Program-made: the position numbers and the translations under genes
Notes under the pieces: generated by a model
Told to the model about the DNA's origin: nothing
The model's input: the letters and a program-made list of their open reading frames with translations, nothing else
Database searches by the model: none
In this document: positions 19,496 to 28,208 of the stretch, piece by piece
Layout: each line of letters starts with the position of its first letter
Numbering within the stretch: position 1 is the first letter of the stretch
NCBI GenBank assembly: GCA_034439575.1
Contig: JAWXAQ010000015.1
Coordinates: 176,705-240,704, forward strand
Source of the DNA: Leptospira sp.
GTDB lineage: Bacteria; Spirochaetota; Leptospiria; Leptospirales; Leptospiraceae
Direction of reading: 5' to 3'
DNA: 64,000 bases

Positions 19496-20131
19496 TTGGG
19501 AACAGAAACAAAACAACGACGTGTCAGAAATAGTCTCTCTCGAGAAGAGATTAGAAATGTATCATTGTTGATTCTAAAGGAAGAAGGCATTGATGCTCTT
19601 TCAATGCGCCATATTGCCAATAGGCTTGGTTGCAGTGTGGCGAGTCCCTATTCGTATTATGAAAGTCAGATTGACCTTGTAAAAGATCTCATCAAACACG
19701 GAGAAGACGAGCTATTAGGTATGTTAAAGGAAGCTATTCCTGAAGGAGAAAATATACCGACATTCGAAAAATTAGCAGGTATAGCCAGAGCTTACTTCCG
19801 TTTCGCGAGCATAAACCGTGAACTTCATAAGATAATGTTTGTTACCGATTATGGAGCCCTACATAGAAAAGCGTTTCCACAACTTCCAAAAAGTTATCGC
19901 TTTTTTTTAGTAACACTTAGAGAAGGATTTGAAACTGGTGAAATACAATACCCAATCAATGAATACACAGCTATTGCCAGACTTATGTGGAGTTGGATGT
20001 ACGGCCTTTTGGTATTAGATATGACTGGCATGTTGCGAAAGCGCAGAGGATCAGAAAATCCCATAGAAGAAGGTATCTCCTATTTTAAAGCGCTTTTCTC
20101 ATCGAAACCAAATATGCCGACTAACTTCTGA
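19496..20131 (+). CDS. TetR/AcrR family regulator
   Basis: LSMRHIANRLGCSVASPYSYY HTH; TTG start. Confidence 0.88.
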   Translation: MGTETKQRRVRNSLSREEIRNVSLLILKEEGIDALSMRHIANRLGCSVASPYSYYESQIDLVKDLIKHGEDELLGMLKEAIPEGENIPTFEKLAGIARAYFRFASINRELHKIMFVTDYGALHRKAFPQLPKSYRFFLVTLREGFETGEIQYPINEYTAIARLMWSWMYGLLVLDMTGMLRKRRGSENPIEEGISYFKALFSSKPNMPTNF

Positions 20132-20852
20132 TTGTTTCCTTCTCTATCCATTGATCTGTTCCCACATCAATGAGTCTTTCTTCTTTCAATCGTAAAAATT
20201 CGCTCGCGACTATTTCTATTACCATACTAGCATCCATCGGTTCCCAAATCGGATTGCCAATAGAAATGCGTGATTTTTTATTTAAATTATAAGCATCGAT
20301 AAAAATTGGTAGGATCGGAAGATTATATCGTTTGCTTAAAATTGCCATCCCACCATGGAGTTTTCTTGATTTTCGATACCCACGGAAATAAGTTCCTTCA
20401 GGAAAAATCCCAAGTGCCAAATCACCCTGTTGTATCCTTTGCGTAATTTCACGAATGGTATTTGGATCATTTTCATTTCGATTTAAAGGAATTAAATCCA
20501 TAGTTTTGACGATACCCTTTATTAACTGCTCTTTTCTAATTTGAGAAGGTCGTAGCTTCTTGGCACCTTTCGCACGTTTGCCGGCATCATAACTCGTGAT
20601 AGCTGTTGCGTATATCCCATGTTTCTTTAGCAAATGCCGAATCATAAACGCGTCGTACGGCATAGAAATCATTCGAAGAAATTTATTTCTGGGTTTGATA
20701 TGATTTGAAACAGCAATAAATGATTTTCCTTTTAGTTCTTTCAAAATATGTTCGTTTTGATATTTACAATTTCGGAATCCATAAATTAGCCGCATCGGCT
20801 TAATAATTAAAAGCATCAAAATAAGACCTATGAGTCTTCCTAGTTTATACAC
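20121..20852 (-). CDS. PlsC-like lysophospholipid acyltransferase family protein
   Basis: VSNH, IFPEGT, LPILP motifs; the HX4D motif is non-canonical. Confidence 0.8.
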   Translation of the reverse strand: MYKLGRLIGLILMLLIIKPMRLIYGFRNCKYQNEHILKELKGKSFIAVSNHIKPRNKFLRMISMPYDAFMIRHLLKKHGIYATAITSYDAGKRAKGAKKLRPSQIRKEQLIKGIVKTMDLIPLNRNENDPNTIREITQRIQQGDLALGIFPEGTYFRGYRKSRKLHGGMAILSKRYNLPILPIFIDAYNLNKKSRISIGNPIWEPMDASMVIEIVASEFLRLKEERLIDVGTDQWIEKETIRS

Positions 20853-20948
20853 TTATCTACCTACTTACAAATGATCAGAGTCTTTAAGTCCTACCTGGTT
20901 GCAAAAAAATGAATTACAGGACAGTGACAATTTCTTGAGTGTTATTTT

Positions 20949-21980
20949 ATGTTTCTGAGAGGAATACTTTGCTCCCTTCTAATTTGTTTCATTCAATGTT
21001 CTCAATTGACCGAGGCAAAATTTAAAAATGAAAAATTAGATCAAAATCTTGTCTTTGGATTGTTACTATCAGGCATCGATTTACAAACAATTGCCGCGGT
21101 AAGGATAGGAGCTCTTCCAAATCAAACGCCAGGAAGTGATTCTGATACATCTGCACAAATTTCATTAGGTGAAAAAATATTTAAAGATAAGTCATTGTCT
21201 TTAAATGGAGTTCAATCATGTTCCACCTGTCACCTGCTAACTGGAAGAAATGCTGGTACAGATGCACAATCCACTTCAAGGGGAACACTTGGCCAAGTTG
21301 GCAGAAGAAATGCATTATCTATTTTTAATGTAGGATTTCAAGAGACACTCTTCTGGGACGGAAGAATAAACACTCTCGAAGACCAAGCCCTAATGCCGTT
21401 TGTGGATCAAAACGAGATGTCTTTACCTTCCATAAGTGAACTCATCAATAGATTAAATACTAACTCTGATTATGTGCAATTATTTGCGCAAGCCTTTCCT
21501 GATTCACCAAACATCAGTACTAGCCATATTAAAAAATCAATTTCAGCTTTTGAACGAAGTCTAATCACACCTTCAAGATTTGATGAATTTATAAAAGGTG
21601 ACAATTTAGCCCTAAATATAGCAGAAAAACAGGGTCTTCGTTTATTTTTAGATCTAAATTGTATCAAGTGCCATCAAGGACATATGTTAGGTGGAGGTAA
21701 GTTTGTCAAATTAGATAGCGTTTTTTCTTACAATAACCAAGATTTGGGAAGATATGAATTTACTTTAAATGAATCCGATAAATATTTTTTCCGTACTCCT
21801 TCACTTAGAAATGTTGCTCTTACTGCTCCTTACTTCCACGATGGAAGTGTCTCTACATTAACAGAAGCTGTTCGTAGAATGAATCATTACGAATCGCCGA
21901 GGACCATTTCCGAATCAGAAATACTAATCCTTGTTAACTTCCTAAAAACACTTTCAGATAAACCTAGGTCTCTCCTATAA
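20949..21980 (+). CDS. Di-haem cytochrome c peroxidase (CCP/MauG family) lipoprotein
   Basis: CSTCH and CIKCH haem motifs, LFWDGR, FRTPSLRNVALTAPYFHDGS. Confidence 0.93.
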   Translation: MFLRGILCSLLICFIQCSQLTEAKFKNEKLDQNLVFGLLLSGIDLQTIAAVRIGALPNQTPGSDSDTSAQISLGEKIFKDKSLSLNGVQSCSTCHLLTGRNAGTDAQSTSRGTLGQVGRRNALSIFNVGFQETLFWDGRINTLEDQALMPFVDQNEMSLPSISELINRLNTNSDYVQLFAQAFPDSPNISTSHIKKSISAFERSLITPSRFDEFIKGDNLALNIAEKQGLRLFLDLNCIKCHQGHMLGGGKFVKLDSVFSYNNQDLGRYEFTLNESDKYFFRTPSLRNVALTAPYFHDGSVSTLTEAVRRMNHYESPRTISESEILILVNFLKTLSDKPRSLL

Positions 21981-22024
21981 ATATTGGCTTGACATAAAAT
22001 CTTTTATTTTCAGTCTGGTCATTA

Positions 22025-22160
22025 ATCCTTCAGGGAGGAAACAGGTGAAAATCCTGTGCTGACCCGCAACTGTAATACCATCTGACTTCGGTTAACCGAA
22101 TTTAAGATGGCAAGCCAGATCTTCCCCGCAAAGAAAACCTCGAGGTTCGGGATCTTTGCA
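22025..22160 (+). ncRNA. Cobalamin (B12) riboswitch, short class-II-like
   Basis: GGAA-ACAGG-TGAAAAT-CCTGT-GCTGACCCGC-AACTGTAA core, P6 hairpin CCATCT..TTCGG-TTAA-CCGAA..AGATGG, B12 box AAGCCAGATCTTCCCC; TTGACA at 21989. Confidence 0.88.
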
Positions 22161-22347
22161 CACTTACACATAACGATTCTCGTAATGTGTAAAGGGGCCC
22201 CGGAGGAATATCGGGGCAATTGAATGGATCACAAAAATCGGTACATCTAAATATGTTACACCTAACGGTAAAAAGTATTTGGCGAAGCTTTCACTTTTGT
22301 TTCTATTTTAGTTCCCCTAAATTCACTTTAAATTTAGGAGATTCAAA

Positions 22348-22974
22348 ATGAAAAAAAAATTAACACTCACGGTAACAATAATTATGTTACTACTCGCAAT
22401 CAATTGCGCTGAATCTGGTAAAGTTGATGAATCAAAAGCAAATGAAAATTTGTTTGTAGGTTTACTTCTTGGCCAATCAAACGGAAATACCACAGGTATT
22501 AACTCAGTTTTGAATAGTTTAGTTGAAATTCGTGGCATGTGGAAAGATGGATTTTGTAGTGGTGGAAATTGCACAGGATTTACTACTAATTTATCTATAG
22601 CACAAGATCCATCTGGTTTTGGAATTTGGACAACTGGCTCTGGATACTTCAGAATTATCGAAGCATCTAACACCTCTCGTTATTTGATATATCAATACTT
22701 ACCAACAGCAACTTTTGGTAATGCGAGCAAATATACTAAAATTCTCTGGACTGCACCTGCGACGACGGATTGCGAAAATGGAGCTTCTAAATGTTTCTAT
22801 TATTGTACAGTGCTTAACTCCAGTTTTACGGGATTTTCCACACTTGACGAAGCACGAAATGTTGTGTTAGATGAGACAAAATACAACACCACGGATCCAA
22901 AACGCACTGGTTGCGGAGGATTTGGTTGGAGTAAGGCAATTTTTGTATCAAATAATCCAACTAATTGGCCATAA
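22348..22974 (+). CDS. Cys-rich lipoprotein under B12 riboswitch control
   Basis: AGGAG RBS, lipobox AINC, CFYYC and GCGGFGWS motifs. Confidence 0.75.
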   Translation: MKKKLTLTVTIIMLLLAINCAESGKVDESKANENLFVGLLLGQSNGNTTGINSVLNSLVEIRGMWKDGFCSGGNCTGFTTNLSIAQDPSGFGIWTTGSGYFRIIEASNTSRYLIYQYLPTATFGNASKYTKILWTAPATTDCENGASKCFYYCTVLNSSFTGFSTLDEARNVVLDETKYNTTDPKRTGCGGFGWSKAIFVSNNPTNWP

Positions 22975-22982
22975 ATGAAAAT

Positions 22983-23009
22983 CCCTACTCATTTAAATAA
23001 TGGGTAGGG
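22983..23009. other. Intergenic stem-loop
   Basis: CCCTACTCATT-taaat-AATGGGTAGGG; no U-tract on the + strand. Confidence 0.5.
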
Positions 23010-23022
23010 TAAGAGATTACAT

Positions 23023-23883
23023 ATGAAAATTAAAATATTCAAAATTATCACATTATCGATACTAATCGTTTTTTTTACAAATTGCGAAGACAAAAATAAT
23101 TCTCAAAATAATCAGGCCGTACTCGGTCTATTACTTGCAAGTAGTCAAAGTACAAATACTGGAACAAACACTAACACTTCTTGTCCGCAAGGTACTGTAC
23201 CATCAAATATTCCCATTGCCACTACTGTGGTTTCCGCGAATTCCACAGTGAGTGGTTTTAATAATTCCACAAAGGCTGTGAATGGGATTTGTGGTGCGGG
23301 GAATAATTCTGGAGGCTTGGATGTTTATGCTCTCAATCTAACGGGAGCAGGTGCCACTTTGAAACTTTCTTGGGCAGGAAAATCTGTAAAAAATGTCTCA
23401 GGTATTGATTTTATAGTCTATGAGAATGCCTTCCAAGTAAGTGAAACTAGCGATCGTTATCTGTTAGATCCAATGGTAGTCGAAGTATCTTCGGATGATG
23501 TAACTTATTGTGGTTTTACTTTAACATATGATTCAACAGCATCTACTCTAAATAAGATTTCTTCTTGGGGAGGATTTGCTGGATTAAGGCCAGTCATATA
23601 CAATATGACTTCTAAAGTATTCACATTGGATGAATTATTCACTTCAAGCGGAGATGGTTTTTTGTTAGGTGGTGGGGACGGGTTTGATTTAGATAATTTA
23701 ATTACAAGCGCTAGTTGCACGACAACGATTAGAGATTCTTTAAAATTGAATGGGATAAAATTTATAAAAATGGTTTCCGCTTCGGCTGTTACAAATCCTA
23801 ACACCGGAAACGTTTATACGTATCCACATGCGTTCGATAATGCCAGTGATATTGATGGTGTAATTGCTAAAAGTGTAGAATAA
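23023..23883 (+). CDS. Surface lipoprotein (LIC13355-like), candidate B12-binding protein
   Basis: Lipobox FTNC; DFIVYENAF...VEVSSD...GFAG..P...GGDGFDL...DIDG motif set. Confidence 0.75.
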   Translation: MKIKIFKIITLSILIVFFTNCEDKNNSQNNQAVLGLLLASSQSTNTGTNTNTSCPQGTVPSNIPIATTVVSANSTVSGFNNSTKAVNGICGAGNNSGGLDVYALNLTGAGATLKLSWAGKSVKNVSGIDFIVYENAFQVSETSDRYLLDPMVVEVSSDDVTYCGFTLTYDSTASTLNKISSWGGFAGLRPVIYNMTSKVFTLDELFTSSGDGFLLGGGDGFDLDNLITSASCTTTIRDSLKLNGIKFIKMVSASAVTNPNTGNVYTYPHAFDNASDIDGVIAKSVE

Positions 23884-23927
23884 ATAGAATATAAGTATTT
23901 TCGAATCTTTCAATAAAAATGAATTAC

Positions 23928-24710
23928 TTAAACGGAAATTTCAGCGATGAGGACAGTTATATTATCAGTACCACCTTGTTCATTTGCGGCAGTCACAAGG
24001 GCATTCACCGTATCGTCACCATTTGTTTCTGATAATATATTAGCTATTTCTTTCGCAGATAAAAGACCATGAAGACCGTCTGAACAAATTAATATCTTAT
24101 CTCTAGGTTTAATTTTGATTTTAAAATCGACTGGCTTTATTGTATGCGAAGGGCCTAGCGCTTGTGAAACGACGTTTCTCTGAGGATGACTTTCAGCTTC
24201 TTTCGGAGTAATTTTACCCATGCGAACTAAATTGGAAACAAAGGTTTGGTCTTCACTTATTTGATTGAATTCACCATCTCGGAATAAATACAATCGGCTA
24301 TCTCCCACTTGAGCACAATTAGCACTCCCCCCACTCAGATAACAACTCGTAGCCACAGCACCCATTCTTACTAAATCTGGATTTTGCTCTGCTAGTTTTT
24401 TTAAATGTTCATTTGCTTTTTCTAAGGCAACAACGGGAACTCGACTAGATTTTTCTTTTTCGATTTCTAACCAATGTTCTGCGATATAATTTACAATACT
24501 TTGGCTCGCGATTTGACCACCAGCAAGTCCACCCATACCATCAATTGCGGCGAGAAATATTCCATCACCACGAAGTGATAAATTTGTCCAAGCTTGTTTA
24601 TTTTCCGTTTGTGAAATTTCTGAAATTTTACCTCTGATAATGATATAATTATCTTCGTTTAAACTTCTTCTTCTTCCAAGATCACTTTTTCTATAAACGG
24701 ATACCTTCAT
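23928..24710 (-). CDS. PP2C/Stp1-type Ser/Thr protein phosphatase
   Basis: SDLG.RR..NED, DGMGG, VGDSRLY, CSDGL, GGTDNIT. Start moved to MKVSV (24710) to avoid overlap with the SDR. Confidence 0.92.
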   Translation of the reverse strand: MKVSVYRKSDLGRRRSLNEDNYIIIRGKISEISQTENKQAWTNLSLRGDGIFLAAIDGMGGLAGGQIASQSIVNYIAEHWLEIEKEKSSRVPVVALEKANEHLKKLAEQNPDLVRMGAVATSCYLSGGSANCAQVGDSRLYLFRDGEFNQISEDQTFVSNLVRMGKITPKEAESHPQRNVVSQALGPSHTIKPVDFKIKIKPRDKILICSDGLHGLLSAKEIANILSETNGDDTVNALVTAANEQGGTDNITVLIAEISV

Positions 24711-24721
24711 TAGCGAAATTT

Positions 24722-25486
24722 TTATACGGCTGTCCATCCACCATCGACAGGCAGAGCGACTCCCGTTATGAATGAAGCGCCTTCTCCTAGTAACCAAACA
24801 CATGTTTGCGCTATCTCTTCAGGTTTTGCTAAACGACCTAGGGGATGCATAGCTTCTATAGCTTTTTTCGTTTCTTCTGGTTTACCAAATGCATTCATAA
24901 TGATATCACTCATATCTGTTTCAATGACACCTGGACAAATCATATTCACACGGATCTTTTTCGAAGCATATTCCAATGCTATACTTTTCGTTAATCCAAC
25001 AATTGCATGTTTTGTGGCGGAATATACAGCATTTCCTTTATAACCAACTAAACTAGTAGCTGAACCAACATTGACTATAGAACCACCATTTGTTTTCATC
25101 ATTGCGACTTCTTCTTTTAAACAATGCCATGTGCCTTTTACATTCACATCAATGACAGACATTGCTAAATCATCTGGATACTTTTCGATCATAGCAATGG
25201 TTCCAAGTAAACCCGCGTTGTTTACTGCTAAATCTAATTTGCCAAACTTGGCTTTTATTTCTGAAAACAAATTTATAATTTCTTCATGTTTTGAAATATC
25301 ACATTTTATAAATATCGATTTTGGAGAATGTATGGAAATTTCACTAAGAGCTTTATTTCCCAGTTCTACTCTCCTACCAGAAATCACGACAATTGCCCCA
25401 CGTTTTCCTAGTTCACGGGCAATATCCAATCCCAATCCAGATGTACTCCCAGTAACAAGCGCTATTTTACCTTCAAAATCTTTCAT
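24722..25486 (-). CDS. Classical SDR oxidoreductase (FabG/GDH-like)
   Basis: TGSTSGLG, NNAG, YSATK, PGVIET. Confidence 0.93.
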   Translation of the reverse strand: MKDFEGKIALVTGSTSGLGLDIARELGKRGAIVVISGRRVELGNKALSEISIHSPKSIFIKCDISKHEEIINLFSEIKAKFGKLDLAVNNAGLLGTIAMIEKYPDDLAMSVIDVNVKGTWHCLKEEVAMMKTNGGSIVNVGSATSLVGYKGNAVYSATKHAIVGLTKSIALEYASKKIRVNMICPGVIETDMSDIIMNAFGKPEETKKAIEAMHPLGRLAKPEEIAQTCVWLLGEGASFITGVALPVDGGWTAV

Positions 25487-26332
25487 TCATTTTCTACCTT
25501 TTGAACCTTGGTTTTTGGGAGCATCCTTTACTTTTCTTTGATAGGCTTTCGCTAATTCTTCCGCTCGGGAAAATATAGAATTTAAATCAGAATATTTTCC
25601 ATAATTTAGTTCTTCCGCCAAACTCAAATTATATCTGATTTCATTTAAACAAGCAAACAAGATATCAAGGGCCCTAATCTTTTCACGACGATACGGGGAT
25701 TTTCTTGCTCTGGCGGCAGAATTTACTGCTTTTACGCTATATTTGCGAAGTCCAGAGGCTAATATTTCTTGTTCGTGACTTGGCAAATCATTGGCTATCG
25801 TATATACATTTTTTAGTAGTTTGAGTGTCGTGATCCAAAGTGGAAATCGTTTATACACCTCACCAAATTTACGCATCTCTTCAGAGGTATTCTTGATATC
25901 TAGTTCTTTTGCCGCAATTAGATCTAAAAATTCCTTTGGAATTGGGACAACTTTCCTTTCTTCATAATTAAAAAATAATACAGAGATACGGACTCTTGTT
26001 ACAGAGACCATACCATGATCTTTTGTTAGATGAAAAAATAACTCAAATGACTTTTCACGCAAATTTTCTATAGTAACTTTTGCTTCAACTAAATCGCCAA
26101 AGAGTAGCTCAGATTCGTACGTAACCGTCGCATTACTAAAAATGATGCTACGTCCATAAATGTCCAAAACAGAAAATCCAAGGTATTGGAAAAATTGCAA
26201 ATGAGCTTCTAGTACAAGATCGAGTACTGTCGCAAACGAAACATGTAATTCCCCCCAAAGGTCCGTTTTGCGGATTGGGATCTCAGTCTTAAAATGATAT
26301 TTACTTGGGAGTGGTAAATCGACTTTCGCCAT
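25487..26332 (-). CDS. Hot-dog thioesterase fused to a four-helix-bundle (23S rRNA IVP/Avd-like) domain
   Basis: N-terminal IRKTDLWGELHV..EA thioesterase. The C-terminal LW...VY..ANDLPSHE..LASGLRK...EIRYNLSLAEELNY matches the four-helix-bundle pattern. Confidence 0.75.
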   Translation of the reverse strand: MAKVDLPLPSKYHFKTEIPIRKTDLWGELHVSFATVLDLVLEAHLQFFQYLGFSVLDIYGRSIIFSNATVTYESELLFGDLVEAKVTIENLREKSFELFFHLTKDHGMVSVTRVRISVLFFNYEERKVVPIPKEFLDLIAAKELDIKNTSEEMRKFGEVYKRFPLWITTLKLLKNVYTIANDLPSHEQEILASGLRKYSVKAVNSAARARKSPYRREKIRALDILFACLNEIRYNLSLAEELNYGKYSDLNSIFSRAEELAKAYQRKVKDAPKNQGSKGRK

Positions 26333-26333
26333 A

Positions 26334-26783
26334 TTATTTTACCGAATATCGATTCCTGAATGTTTCAGGTACATTCATGGTTTTTTTATCTTTATAATCA
26401 AAGAAAATTAACACGGTTTTTGCGACCGAAGCAATTTCGCCATTTTCTTTTTTAACAACTGTAATTAATTCAAACGATTTATTTCCGAAATTGGTAGGTG
26501 TTAATTGGAACGTTAAAACTTCACCAGCTTTCACTTCGCTTTTAAATTCGACTTCCATCTTCGGCACAATGATATTTGAACCAGCTATGTTCCATTTTGA
26601 ATCCCCAGTGGATGATAAAAACAAATCAAAGGCTTCATTCACAAGTAAAACCATGTTTTCATATGTCACATGACTTACATAGGCACCAGAAGCGGTGATA
26701 GCACTGCGAGCATCTGCATGCCTTACTGGAAATTTTGTCTCATAAGCAAAGTCAGTTGGTATTTGGATTCCTGTATCAGCCAT
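26334..26783 (-). CDS. 4HBT/YbgC-like acyl-CoA thioesterase
   Basis: VRHAD...HV, VEFKSEV, VPETFR; hot-dog fold pattern. Confidence 0.82.
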   Translation of the reverse strand: MADTGIQIPTDFAYETKFPVRHADARSAITASGAYVSHVTYENMVLLVNEAFDLFLSSTGDSKWNIAGSNIIVPKMEVEFKSEVKAGEVLTFQLTPTNFGNKSFELITVVKKENGEIASVAKTVLIFFDYKDKKTMNVPETFRNRYSVK

Positions 26784-26927
26784 ATCACTCCGAATCTTTA
26801 ATCGAAATTAAGTTCTTCTCCTCAAATATCGACACTTATATGTACGTTCTTTAAAAAGCAAAAAACTAGCTGGACAAAGCTAGGGAATCACTCTATATAG
26901 TAAGCTACTTCAAACCTCGGAGAATCC

Positions 26928-28202
26928 ATGGTAGAAAGAAAAAACCAACGAGTTGTCATTACTGGTATAGGATCTATACTACCGAATGCACTCACTGTCT
27001 CTGATTTTTGGAGTCATCTAGTCAAGGGTGAATCGCAAGTAGATTTTTTGACTAGGTTTTCTACTGAAGATTTGAGAGTCAAAACGGGTGCAGAGTTACG
27101 CCAATTCGACTATAAAGAGCATTTGAAAGATTTAGATCCTGCCCATGCGAAAAATTATAATCGAGAGACATTGGCCATCATGTCCGCATTAAGCGATGCA
27201 CAAAAAGATGCAGGACTTGACAAAAATACAGTCGCACCTAACAGGGTTGGATTTATTGACTCCTCTTCCCGCGCATCACTTGCTTGGTGGGAACACGCAT
27301 GGAATTTATATAATGAATCAAAAGACGATTCACATTTTAATAAATACGCCGTTCTGACTTCAATGGCCTCAAATCCGACCAATCTAACAGCAATTTATGC
27401 GAACATCCAAGGGTTTGTCACGACAATAACAGCCGCTTGTGTGGGCGGTCATCACGCCGCAGCACTTTGTTTTCAAGCAATCAGAAAAAATAGAGCTGAT
27501 GTGATGTATGCGGGAGGGCACGAGTTCCCTCTCCTTAAACCGCTTATGAAAATGTATTCCGATCCTTCTAGTTCAGTGATGTCTCCTGAATCTGTGAATC
27601 CAAAAAATGCCATGCGACCTTATGATAAATCCAGAGAAGGGTTTGTACTCGGTGAGGGAGCCATGTGCCTTTGTTTGGAATCATACGACCATGCCATAAA
27701 TCGTGGTGCTAGAATCTATGCGGAAATAACTGGTACTCTTAGTTACAATGAAGCAAGTCATGCTATGCGAATGGATATGACGGGCGTTAAAGCTGCCAAT
27801 GGTATGAGTGATTTACTTCGCATTAGCAAACGCTCTTTGAAAGATTTTGATTATTTTTGTGGCCATGGAACTGCTACGTATAATAATGATTTGGCCGAAA
27901 GCCGCGCTCTAAAATTATTATATGACGGGGCACCAAAAACCACTTGGGCACCACTTGGATCTATCAAACCCATTTATGGTCATACGTTTGGTGCCGCTGG
28001 TATCATCAATTTAGCAGCCTCTGCTCTAATGATTCACAACCAAACACTTTGTCCGACGATTAATTTGAAAAATCCAGATGATGAATGTGACCACGATCAT
28101 GTGGCAGAAGGCTCGAGAAAAATCAAACTCAATAATATTATGTCATTGGCATTTGCCATAGGTAGCCAATCTTCATTCGTCAGTTTAGCCAAAGCAGATT
28201 AA
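26928..28202 (+). CDS. Beta-ketoacyl synthase, FabF/KAS II-like
   Basis: RVVITGIG, TAAC (Cys), HGTAT and GHTFGAAG (His, His), GFVLGEG. Confidence 0.92.
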   Translation: MVERKNQRVVITGIGSILPNALTVSDFWSHLVKGESQVDFLTRFSTEDLRVKTGAELRQFDYKEHLKDLDPAHAKNYNRETLAIMSALSDAQKDAGLDKNTVAPNRVGFIDSSSRASLAWWEHAWNLYNESKDDSHFNKYAVLTSMASNPTNLTAIYANIQGFVTTITAACVGGHHAAALCFQAIRKNRADVMYAGGHEFPLLKPLMKMYSDPSSSVMSPESVNPKNAMRPYDKSREGFVLGEGAMCLCLESYDHAINRGARIYAEITGTLSYNEASHAMRMDMTGVKAANGMSDLLRISKRSLKDFDYFCGHGTATYNNDLAESRALKLLYDGAPKTTWAPLGSIKPIYGHTFGAAGIINLAASALMIHNQTLCPTINLKNPDDECDHDHVAEGSRKIKLNNIMSLAFAIGSQSSFVSLAKAD

Positions 28203-28208
28203 TATTCT

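Noticed and set aside
22022-22219. 65-aa minus-strand ORF
   Set aside because: It is antisense to the cobalamin riboswitch and has no protein features
24711-24803. N-terminal extension of the PP2C ORF overlapping the SDR
   Set aside because: It is an out-of-frame read of the SDR 3' end; the PP2C motifs begin at ATG 24710
25487-26332. Diversity-generating retroelement, suggested by the Avd-like domain
   Set aside because: I found no reverse transcriptase and no TR/VR pair with adenine-specific mismatches in the window
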